From: Candidatus Geohabitans tengchongensis | GTDB lineage: Bacteria; Sysuimicrobiota; Sysuimicrobiia; Sysuimicrobiales; Humicultoraceae | Assembly: GCA_031459625.1 (NCBI GenBank) | Contig: JAVKIH010000001.1 | Location: 242,173 to 278,500 of the forward strand | DNA: 36,328 nt | Reading direction: 5' to 3' | Shown here: one piece after another, positions 26,152 through 33,902 of the stretch | How the letters are laid out: each line of letters starts with the position of its first letter | How positions within the stretch are numbered: position 1 is the stretch's first letter | Translations under genes and position numbers: made by a program | The notes under the pieces: generated by a model | Database searches by the model: none | The model's input: only the letters and a program-made list of their open reading frames with translations | Told to the model about the DNA's origin: nothing

Positions 26152-27183
26152 ATGGCCTTCCGCGACGTCGTCGACCAGCACCACGCGGTGAGGTTGCTGC
26201 GCACGGCCGTTCGGACCGGCCGGCCGAGTCACGCCTACCTGCTCGTCGGACCCGTCGGTGTGGGGCGCCGCACGCTGGCCCTGGCCTTCGCGCAGTACCT
26301 CAACTGCCCCCAGGCCGACCGGGACGCGTGTGGGGTCTGCCGCGATTGCGTCCGCATCGCCCAGGGGCAGCACCCCGACGTACGGGTGTTGGACATGGCG
26401 GCGGACCGCTGGTTCATCCCCCCGCCCCGGGAGCACCGCGGGCGGGAGATCCCCATCGACCAGGTGCGCGCCCTGCGGCAGGATGCAGCCTACCCGCCCT
26501 ACGAGGGCCGGGTGAAGGTCTACATCATCGCCGACGCCGAGCTGCTGAGCCCGGGCGCGGCGAACAGCCTGCTCAAGGTCCTGGAGGAGCCGCCACCTGA
26601 CGTCGTCATCGTCCTCATCGCCGAGTCGACCGTATCGCTGCCCCCCACGGTGCTGTCGCGCTGCCAGGTGGTCCGCTGCGCCTTGCTGTCGGCCAGCGAG
26701 GTGGAGCGCGCCCTGGTGGAGCGCTACGGGGTCCCTGCGGAGCGCGCCCGCTTCCTGGCGGCTATCAGCGCCGGACGGCTGGGCCGGGCGCTGGCCTGGG
26801 CGCAGGACGAGTCGCGGCTGGCGGCGCGCCGCCGCTTCCTCGACCTGCTGGGCGAGCTGGAGACGGCCACCGACACGCAGCGGCTCGACGCCGCCGAGGC
26901 CCTGGCCCGCGACCGGGACCTCCTGCCAGACCTGCTGGAGCTGGCCGCCTTCTGGTACCGCGACCTGCTGGTGTGGCAGGAGACGCAGGATCCGACGCTG
27001 CTGGTGAACCGGGACCGGGAGGCGGAGATCCGGCGCTGGGCGGCGATCCTCACGCCCGAGGACCTCCACCGCCGCTTCGACGCGGTCGAGCACGCCAAGG
27101 ATTCCCTGGCGCGGAACGTCCAGCCCCGCCTCCTGCTGGAGCGCTTCTTCTACCAGCTCCGTTCCCCGGCCGTCCCCGCCTGA
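26152..27183 (+). CDS. holB: DNA polymerase III delta' subunit
   Basis: HAYL..GP.GVG, C..ACG.CR.C Zn module, HPDV, I.IDQVR, AANSLLK.LEEPP, T..SRC. Confidence 0.93.
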   Translation: MAFRDVVDQHHAVRLLRTAVRTGRPSHAYLLVGPVGVGRRTLALAFAQYLNCPQADRDACGVCRDCVRIAQGQHPDVRVLDMAADRWFIPPPREHRGREIPIDQVRALRQDAAYPPYEGRVKVYIIADAELLSPGAANSLLKVLEEPPPDVVIVLIAESTVSLPPTVLSRCQVVRCALLSASEVERALVERYGVPAERARFLAAISAGRLGRALAWAQDESRLAARRRFLDLLGELETATDTQRLDAAEALARDRDLLPDLLELAAFWYRDLLVWQETQDPTLLVNRDREAEIRRWAAILTPEDLHRRFDAVEHAKDSLARNVQPRLLLERFFYQLRSPAVPA

Positions 27184-27222
27184 CGCCCCCGCGTCCGGGA
27201 CTCACCGGCTCTCACGGCCTCC

Positions 27223-28932
27223 TCAACCGCGAGCGCCATCCGCCGCGTCCCCCTGCGCCGCCGTCTCCTCCTCCACCCGCCACCGCTCCAGGTAGGTCCG
27301 CAGCGCTTCGCGCGGGACCCCCAGCCGCTCCCCGGCGTGGCGGATCAGGGTGAGGCCCGCCTCGTGCTCCGGGTGGATGACCTCGTCGGCACCGGCGGCG
27401 TGGAAGAGGGCGTGCTCCTCCGGTGCATGCGAGCGCACGAGCACGGGCAGGTCGGGGCGGAGCACCCGCAGCCGGGCCAGCGCCAGGCGCGCCCTGGTCA
27501 CGTCGGGGATGGCCACGATGGCCAGTCGCGCGGAGGCGGCCCCGGCCTCCCGCAGCACCGTCTCGCTGGCGGCGTCGCCGAAGACGCAGGGCACCCCGCG
27601 CCGCTGCAGCCGCTCGATCACCCGGAAGTCCAGGTCGACCGCCACGTAGGGGATGCCGAAGACGTCCAGAGCACGCCCCACCGTGGCCCCCACCCGCCCG
27701 AACCCGATGATCAGGACGTGGTCGCGCGGGGCGCTCCGCGGGCCGGCGGCCGCCGGGCTCGGGGCTTCCCGGGGCTCCTCGATCCACCGGTGCGCCAGAG
27801 CCGACAGGGCCACCGTGGCGACGATGGAGAGCAGCGACGCCGCCAGGATGGCGTTGGCGAGGGCCGGAGGGATCAGGCCCGCCGTGCGCGCCACCTGGGC
27901 GAGGACGAAGGTGAACTCCCCCGTCTGGGCCAGGTGGACGCTGACCAGGCCCGCGGCGGCCCAGGGGTAGCCGAAGGCTCGCAGGACCAGCGTGCGCGTC
28001 AACGCCTTCCCGCCGAGGATCAGGGCGAGGAGGACCAGCACCGCCGGCAGGTCGGTGAACAGGTCGGCGGGTCGGACGAGCAATCCCACGGAGGCGAAGA
28101 AGAGCGCCGTGAAGACGTCGCGGAGCGGCAGGAGGCGCGCCAGGATCTCGTGCGTGAAGGGCGACTCGCTGATGACCAGCCCGGCCAGGAACGCGCCCAG
28201 CGCCACGGAGAGGCCGAGCGCGCTGGAGAGGCCGGCCGTGCCGACGGCGATGCCGAGCGCGACCACGAGGAAGAGCTCCATGTGCCCCCGTCGCGCCACC
28301 CAGGCCAGCACCGGCGGGGCCAGCCGCTCGGCCACGATGTAGAAGGGGACGATCAACGCCACGGCGCGGCCCAGCGCGCCGAGCAGGGGCAGGAGCCCGG
28401 CAGTGCCGTCCAGGCCGGCGAGGACCGGCAGGAGCACGATGAGCCCGACGGTGATGAGGTCCTCGGCCAGCGAGGTGGCCACCGCCAGCCGGGCGTGGGG
28501 CGCGTGGATCTCCCCCCGCTCCAGGAAGAGCTTGGCCGCCACCATCGTGCTGGCCACCGAGATGGTCATCCCCACGGCGGTCGCCTGCAGCGGCGGCCAG
28601 CCCAGCGCGGCCCCCGCCAGCACGGTGAGCAGGATGAGCAGGGCCATGGTGGCCGGTGCCCCTACGGTGGCCGGGGGCCCCAGGCGGCGCAGCTCAGCCA
28701 GCGAGAACTCGATGCCGATGGAGAACATCAGCAGGACGACGCCGATCTGGGCGAAGACCTCGAAGAGGCGTACCTCGCGCACCCCCGGACCGGGGGTGAA
28801 GGGATTCACCAGCAGCCCGCCCAGCACGTAGCCGAGGAAGAGCGGCTGCCGGAGCAGGACCGCCACGCCGGCGCCGACCAGGATGGCAGCGAAGACCAGC
28901 GCGAGGTCGCGGAAGACCGGGGCCTCCGGCAC
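27223..28932 (-). CDS. CPA2 cation:proton antiporter with TrkA-N/RCK domain (Kef/YbaL-like)
   Basis: GVVLLMFSIGIEFS, SVAST, ALGAFLAG, PLRDVF.ALFF.SVG, Q.GEF.FVL, then IGFGRVG and GDA. Confidence 0.9.
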   Translation of the reverse strand: MPEAPVFRDLALVFAAILVGAGVAVLLRQPLFLGYVLGGLLVNPFTPGPGVREVRLFEVFAQIGVVLLMFSIGIEFSLAELRRLGPPATVGAPATMALLILLTVLAGAALGWPPLQATAVGMTISVASTMVAAKLFLERGEIHAPHARLAVATSLAEDLITVGLIVLLPVLAGLDGTAGLLPLLGALGRAVALIVPFYIVAERLAPPVLAWVARRGHMELFLVVALGIAVGTAGLSSALGLSVALGAFLAGLVISESPFTHEILARLLPLRDVFTALFFASVGLLVRPADLFTDLPAVLVLLALILGGKALTRTLVLRAFGYPWAAAGLVSVHLAQTGEFTFVLAQVARTAGLIPPALANAILAASLLSIVATVALSALAHRWIEEPREAPSPAAAGPRSAPRDHVLIIGFGRVGATVGRALDVFGIPYVAVDLDFRVIERLQRRGVPCVFGDAASETVLREAGAASARLAIVAIPDVTRARLALARLRVLRPDLPVLVRSHAPEEHALFHAAGADEVIHPEHEAGLTLIRHAGERLGVPREALRTYLERWRVEEETAAQGDAADGARG

Positions 28933-28935
28933 GGG

Positions 28936-29847
28936 CTAGGACCGTTGACGGGTGCGGGCGCCGGTGCGGGGCGAGGGGGCGGGCCGCCGACGGGTCGGCG
29001 GCCCCAGGCGGCGGAGACGCTTGAGGACCTCCAGGTTCTGGCGGTCGGGCCCCCTGCGGTCGCCGAAACCCGGCGTCTCGATGAAGCCCGGGAGGTGGCG
29101 GGTGCGGGGGTCGTGGATCAGGGCGCGGAAGCCGGGCAGGCCGATGGTCCCCTGGCCGATGTTCTCGTGGCGGTCCACCCGGCTCCCCAGCGGGGCGCGC
29201 GAGTCGTTGAGGTGGAGGGCGCGGAGGCGGTCCAGGCCCACCGTGCGGTCGAAGGCCCGCAGCGTCGCGGCCACCCCCTCGGGCGTGCGGATGTCGTAGC
29301 CGGCGGCGAAGAGGTGGCAGGCGTCCAGGCAGACCCCCAGGCGAGGGTGGCCGTCGAGGGCGTCGAGGACGGCGGCCAGCTCCTCGAACCGGCTGCCGAT
29401 GGCATCACCCGCCCCCGCGCTGTTCTCCAGCAGGATCATCACCCCGGGGGTCGTGTCCAGCGCCACGCGCAGGGCCGCCGCCACCCGGCCGAGGGCCTCA
29501 GGCCAGGGTTGCCCCATGCGGCTGCCGATGTGGGTGATCACCCCGAGCCCCTCCAGGCGGCGGATCTCCTCGAGCCCGGCGATGAGCGCGGCCACCGACC
29601 GGGCGTAGAACTCGTCGTCGGGGCTGGCCAGGTTGATCAGGTAGGCCCCGTGGGCGACCAGCGGCTCGAGCCCGGCCTGGGCCCGCTTGCGCCGGAAGAG
29701 GGCGACGTCCTCCTCCGGGTAGTCGATGCGCCGCCACTGCCGCGGGTTGCCGACGAAGATCTGCAGGCACTCGCAGCCGATGGCCACGGCCCGGTCGACG
29801 GCCAGGTGGATGCGGCCGCTGATGGAGACGTGGGCGCCGAAGCGCAC
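28936..29847 (-). CDS. nfo: Endonuclease IV
   Basis: GAHVSISG, QIF..NPRQW, H..YLINLAS, LENSAG, C.D.CH.FAAGYD, HLNDS, DRHENIG.G.IG, ETP. Confidence 0.95.
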   Translation of the reverse strand: MRFGAHVSISGRIHLAVDRAVAIGCECLQIFVGNPRQWRRIDYPEEDVALFRRKRAQAGLEPLVAHGAYLINLASPDDEFYARSVAALIAGLEEIRRLEGLGVITHIGSRMGQPWPEALGRVAAALRVALDTTPGVMILLENSAGAGDAIGSRFEELAAVLDALDGHPRLGVCLDACHLFAAGYDIRTPEGVAATLRAFDRTVGLDRLRALHLNDSRAPLGSRVDRHENIGQGTIGLPGFRALIHDPRTRHLPGFIETPGFGDRRGPDRQNLEVLKRLRRLGPPTRRRPAPSPRTGARTRQRS

Positions 29848-29857
29848 GCGTGCGCGC

Positions 29858-30301
29858 TCAGTCCAGGTCGGTGGCCCACCAGGTGGCGCGCTCTCCCGCC
29901 ACCCACCGGCGGATGCGCTGGCGCAGGGGCGCCGGGAGGAGGTTGCGGCGGTCCAGGTCGTCCAGCGACGACCAGAAGAACTCCAGGTGGGGCTCCCGCG
30001 AGACCGGCGGGGTAGGCGGAGCGAGGTCCTCGGCGACGACCTCGAAGACGTGATTGATCTCGTGGTGACGGCGCCCGCCGTCCTCCCACAGCGCCTCGAG
30101 GCCGCCCAGGTACCCGACGACCCGCACGGCCACGCCCAGCTCCTCTTCCAGCTCGCGGGCGAGGGCCTGGGTGAGGGTCTCGCCCGGGTGGACGGTGCCG
30201 CCGGGCAGGAAGGTGTTCCCCCGTCCCAGCGCGTGTGCCAGGAGCACGGTGCCGTCCTTCAGGATCACCGCCCGCGCGAGCAGCCGGATCGTCTCCGCCA
30301 C
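29858..30301 (-). CDS. NUDIX hydrolase
   Basis: Nudix box PGG.V.PGET...AL.REL.EELG. Confidence 0.9.
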   Translation of the reverse strand: MAETIRLLARAVILKDGTVLLAHALGRGNTFLPGGTVHPGETLTQALARELEEELGVAVRVVGYLGGLEALWEDGGRRHHEINHVFEVVAEDLAPPTPPVSREPHLEFFWSSLDDLDRRNLLPAPLRQRIRRWVAGERATWWATDLD

Positions 30302-30351
30302 GCCCAGCAGGTTCGCGTTGCGCGGCCCCCGCCCCTGCCCGCGAGGCCGCC

Positions 30352-30395
30352 TATAATGCCCGTGACGGTGGCGTCCTGGGGGACGCGGCCGTCAC
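30352..30395 (+). promoter_or_regulatory. -10 element and 5'-UTR hairpin of the PLP lyase gene
   Basis: TATAAT 30352-30357, then a 14-bp hairpin GTGACGGT-G-GCGTCC-TGGG-GGACGC-G-GCCGTCAC (30362-30395). Confidence 0.5.
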
Positions 30396-30417
30396 CACAG
30401 GGGGAGGAGGCGGAGCG

Positions 30418-31590
30418 GTGGCGGTGCGAGGGTTCAACACCAGAGCGGTGCACGGCGACGGGTGGCGCGACCCGCTGGGCGCGGTGAGCCCGCCGATCTA
30501 CGAGTCGACGACCTTCCGCTACCGCACCGTGGCCGAGGGGGCGGCGCTCGGTGCGGACCGCGGCGAGGGCTACTACTACACGCGGTGGGGCAACCCCACG
30601 ACGCAGGCCCTGGAGGCGCGGGTCGCCCTGCTGGAAGGGGCGGAGGCGGCCATCGCCACGGGGTCGGGGATGGGGGCGATCAGCACGGTGGTGCTGGGAC
30701 TGGTGGGCCGCGGCGACCTCGTGGTGGCCCCGCGCGCCGTCTACCAGGCCACCTACGAGCTCTTCACCCAGGTGCTGCCCGCCTACGGCGTAGAGGTCAC
30801 CCTGCTCGACCGCCCGGCGGTGGAGGCGTACGAGGCGGCGCTGCGGCCGACCACGCGCCTGGTCTACGTGGAGACGCCGAACAACCCGTTGCTCGACATC
30901 ACCGACATTGCCGCGGTGGCCCGCCTGGCGCGTGACCGCGGCGCCCTCACCGTGGTCGACAACACCTTCGCCACGCCCTACAACCAGCAGCCGCTGGCCC
31001 TCGGCGCCGACCTGGTGGTGCACAGCCTGACCAAGTACCTGGGGGGCCACGCCGACGTCACCGCCGGGATCTTCTGCGGGTCGCGGGAGCTCGTGCTGCG
31101 GCTGCGGCCGCGCTTCCGCATCTTCGGCCCCGTGCTCGACCCCTTCGGCGCCTGGCTGGTCCTGCGCGGGGTGCGCACGCTGGGGGTGCGCATGGAGCGG
31201 CACAACCAGAACGGGCAGCGCCTGGCCGAGTTCCTGGCCGCCCACCCGCGGGTGGAGCGGGTGCACTACCCCGGGCTGCTGGACCATCCGGGCCACGCCG
31301 TGGCGCGCCGGCAGATGCGCGGCTTCGGCGGCATGCTCTCCTTCGAGGTGCGGGGCGGCTTCGAGGCCGGGGTGCGCGTGGTGGAGGGGCTGCGCCTGGC
31401 CACGATGGCCGTGAGCCTGGGGTCGCTGGAGACCCTCGTCACCCACCCGGCCTCCACCACCAGCGTGGGCATCCGGCCGGAAGACCGGGCCCGGGCCGGG
31501 ATCCGGGAGGGGCTGATCCGGGTCTCGGTGGGGATCGAGGACGCCGACGACCTCATCGCCGACTTCGGCCAGGCGCTGGACCGGGCCTGA
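30418..31590 (+). CDS. Cys/Met metabolism PLP enzyme (methionine gamma-lyase / cystathionine gamma-synthase family)
   Basis: GTG 30418 after GGAGG; PIY.STTF, YTR.GNPT, SGMGAI, ETPNNP, VDNTFATP, HSLTKYLGGH (PLP Lys), VSLG, R.SVG.ED. Confidence 0.92.
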   Translation: MAVRGFNTRAVHGDGWRDPLGAVSPPIYESTTFRYRTVAEGAALGADRGEGYYYTRWGNPTTQALEARVALLEGAEAAIATGSGMGAISTVVLGLVGRGDLVVAPRAVYQATYELFTQVLPAYGVEVTLLDRPAVEAYEAALRPTTRLVYVETPNNPLLDITDIAAVARLARDRGALTVVDNTFATPYNQQPLALGADLVVHSLTKYLGGHADVTAGIFCGSRELVLRLRPRFRIFGPVLDPFGAWLVLRGVRTLGVRMERHNQNGQRLAEFLAAHPRVERVHYPGLLDHPGHAVARRQMRGFGGMLSFEVRGGFEAGVRVVEGLRLATMAVSLGSLETLVTHPASTTSVGIRPEDRARAGIREGLIRVSVGIEDADDLIADFGQALDRA

Positions 31591-31636
31591 TCCGGAGGGA
31601 ACCTGGAGGCGCTGCACGGGAGGCCGGCAGCGAGGG

Positions 31637-31680
31637 CTTGACGCACCCTTGTCGTCGTCTTGACACATCTCGTCTATGCT
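31637..31680 (+). promoter_or_regulatory. Pho-box-like array (3 x 11-bp direct repeats) plus -10
   Basis: CTTGACGCACC / CTTGTCGTCGT / CTTGACACATC in exact 11-bp phase; TATGCT -10 at 31675-31680. Confidence 0.7.
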
Positions 31681-31687
31681 GGCGCTG

Positions 31688-32644
31688 ATGGCCGCGAGCC
31701 CACCGTCGGCAGGCCCGGGTCGGAGCGCCGCATCCGAACCGGCTCCCTTCGCCCGCGAGTTCGCCCTCCTCGAGGAGATGACCCGGACGATCGAGGCGGC
31801 GGCCCAGGCCCTGGTCGCCGGCCTGGAGGGGCGTGAGCCCTTGTCCCAGGTGTGGGCCCGGGTGCGCGACCTGGAGCACCAGGGGGACGCCGTGGCCCGC
31901 GACCTGTTCGATGCGCTGGTCACCCCGCGGGTGGGCGGTCCGGCGCCTGAGGCCTTCAAGGCCCTCACCGGGCTGCTGGACGACGTCCTGGACGCCGTCG
32001 AGGCGGCGGCCGCCCGGCTGGCCCTCCACCGCATCCGCCGCGTGCTGCCGGCCGCGGTGAGCCTCGGGCGCATCGTCCTCGAATCGGCCGGGGTCCTCCG
32101 CCAGGCCGTGGCCGCGCTGCGGGGGACGCAGGACCTCTTCCCGCTGACCCGCGCCCTCCACCGGCTGGAGAACCAGGGGGACGACGTATTGCGGGACGCC
32201 ATCGAAGCCCTCTTCGCCGGGGAGGCCCACCCCAGGGACATCATCAAGTGGAAGGACATCTGCGAGATCCTGGAGCAGGGCACCGACCGGTGCGAGGACA
32301 TCGCCAACGTGCTGGAGACCTTCCTGGTGCAGACCGGCGGCGGGGACCACCTGGTGGCGGGGCAGGTGGTCCTGGACGTGGGACGCCACGAGGTGCGGGT
32401 GGGCGGCGCTCCCGTCCCGCTCTCGGCCAAGGAGTTCGGGGTGCTGCACCTGCTGCTGCGCCACCAGGGGAAAGTCGTGCGGCGCGAGCGGCTGCTGCAC
32501 GAGGTGTGGGGCGGGGACTACTTCGGCGACGCCCGCACCCTGGACACCCACATCGGCTGGCTGCGCAAGAAGCTCGAGGCCCGGGGCGGCGTGCGCATCG
32601 TCGCCGTCCGCGGCATCGGCTACCGGCTGGACCTGACGGGCTGA
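31688..32644 (+). CDS. DUF47 (PhoU-like) domain fused to an OmpR/PhoB-type winged-helix DNA-binding domain (track start 31676)
   Basis: DUF47 motifs LEHQGD, LDDVLD, LENQGD, KWKDI.E.LE..TD.CED.AN.LE; QTGGGD linker; Trans_reg_C motifs L..KEF..L..L, V.R..LL..VWG, RT.D.HI..LRKKL, VRG.GYR. ATG 31688 lies 7 nt after the -10. Confidence 0.88.
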   Translation: MAASPPSAGPGRSAASEPAPFAREFALLEEMTRTIEAAAQALVAGLEGREPLSQVWARVRDLEHQGDAVARDLFDALVTPRVGGPAPEAFKALTGLLDDVLDAVEAAAARLALHRIRRVLPAAVSLGRIVLESAGVLRQAVAALRGTQDLFPLTRALHRLENQGDDVLRDAIEALFAGEAHPRDIIKWKDICEILEQGTDRCEDIANVLETFLVQTGGGDHLVAGQVVLDVGRHEVRVGGAPVPLSAKEFGVLHLLLRHQGKVVRRERLLHEVWGGDYFGDARTLDTHIGWLRKKLEARGGVRIVAVRGIGYRLDLTG

Positions 32645-32728
32645 GGGCGCGGTGTCGCTCCTGCTCCACGCTGCCTGAACCCCGCCCGCACCCCGGACGT
32701 GGCGCTCCGCGGCTGGCCGCGGCCGCGA

Positions 32729-32794
32729 ATTGACCTGCGCTTCACCGACAGTTCCCCTACGCTTCACCCAGCCTTGCCTCTGGCACGGTAGCGT
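32729..32794 (+). promoter_or_regulatory. Pho-box-like array (5 x 11-bp direct repeats) plus -10 upstream of pstS
   Basis: ATTGACCTGCG / CTTCACCGACA / GTTCCCCTACG / CTTCACCCAGC / CTTGCCTCTGG; TAGCGT -10 at 32789-32794. Confidence 0.75.
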
Positions 32795-32899
32795 GCAGGA
32801 CGGCGGCGGGATCCTCGCCGCGCCGTCGGGGGGCGCGGACGCGCCGTAGGCGGTGTTGCTGCCGCCGCACATCCGATGCGGGGAGAGGAGGAGACGGTG

Positions 32900-33895
32900 A
32901 TGCGCAGCGCGTTGGCGCGGATGGTTGGCGCCCTGGTGGGGCTGGTGCTGGCGGTGGTGCCGGCAGCGGCCCAGCAGCCCATCAAGCTCGACACCCGCCT
33001 GGTGGCCTACCGGCCGGTGAGCGGGATCAGCGGCAACCTCACCAGCGTGGGGTCCGACACGCTCAACAACCTGATGACGCTGTGGGCGGAGGGGTTCCGC
33101 CGCTTCTACCCCAACGTGCAGATTCAGATCGAGGGGAAGGGGAGCAGTACGGCTCCGCCGGCGCTGATCGCCGGCACCGCCCAGCTCGGCCCCATGTCCC
33201 GGCCGATGAAGGCCGGCGAGGTGGACGCTTTCGAGAAGAAGTACGGGTACAAGCCGACGGCCGTCCGGGTCGCCGTGGACGCACTGGCGGTCTTCGTCCA
33301 CAAGGACAACCCCATCCGGTGCCTGACCCTGGAACAGGTGGACGCCATCTTCTCGAAGACGCGCCGGGCGGGGCACCGGGAGGACATCAGGACCTGGGGG
33401 CAGCTCGGCCTGACCGGAGAGTGGGCCAACCGACCGATCAGCCTCTATGGCCGCAACTCCGCCTCGGGAACCTACGGCTACTTCAAGGAGCACGTCCTGC
33501 GGAACGGTGACTTCAAAGACGAGGTGAAGGAGCAGCCCGGGTCCGCCGCTGTGGTGCAGGGCGTGACCGTCGACCGCTACGCCATCGGGTACAGTGGCAT
33601 CGGCTATGCCACGGCAGGGGTGCGGGCTGTTCCGCTGGCCGAGCAGGCCGGCGGGCCCTGCGTGGAGGCCAACCAGCAGAACGCTTACGCCGGCACCTAC
33701 CCGCTGGCACGGTTCCTCTTCATTTACGTGAACAAGCCGCCCACCCGTGGCGTTGACCCGCTGGTTCGAGAGTTCCTTCGGTTCGTCCTGTCACGGCAGG
33801 GACAGGAGATCGTGGTCAAGGACGGCTACTTCCCCGTCTCCGCGCCGATTGCGCTGGAAGAACTCGCCAAGGTGACGGCCGGGGGCGGGAGCTAG
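32900..33895 (+). CDS. pstS: Phosphate ABC transporter substrate-binding protein
   Basis: AGGAGG SD; signal peptide ending [38 protein letters not shown]. Confidence 0.95.
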   Translation: MRSALARMVGALVGLVLAVVPAAAQQPIKLDTRLVAYRPVSGISGNLTSVGSDTLNNLMTLWAEGFRRFYPNVQIQIEGKGSSTAPPALIAGTAQLGPMSRPMKAGEVDAFEKKYGYKPTAVRVAVDALAVFVHKDNPIRCLTLEQVDAIFSKTRRAGHREDIRTWGQLGLTGEWANRPISLYGRNSASGTYGYFKEHVLRNGDFKDEVKEQPGSAAVVQGVTVDRYAIGYSGIGYATAGVRAVPLAEQAGGPCVEANQQNAYAGTYPLARFLFIYVNKPPTRGVDPLVREFLRFVLSRQGQEIVVKDGYFPVSAPIALEELAKVTAGGGS

Positions 33896-33902
33896 CGTCG
33901 CG

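Noticed and set aside
25799..28932. Functional c-di-AMP/K+ module linking darA and the CPA2 antiporter
   Set aside because: Opposite strands, darA position is explained by tmk-holB synteny, and the antiporter shows no clear RCK_C domain.
31660..31665. TTGACA as a canonical -35
   Set aside because: Only 9 bp from the -10; better explained as one unit of the 11-bp repeat array.
31637..32783. Short repeat arrays as CRISPR or iterons
   Set aside because: Degenerate contiguous 11-bp units without spacers; no cas or rep genes.
1554..33493. Many long antisense or alternate-frame ORFs (e.g. 1554-3605, 3962-6331, 6358-8712, 15968-18397, 19945-22401, 27337-30015, 31553-33493)
   Set aside because: Shadow ORFs expected from stop-codon scarcity at high GC; no recognisable motifs, and each overlaps a well-supported gene.
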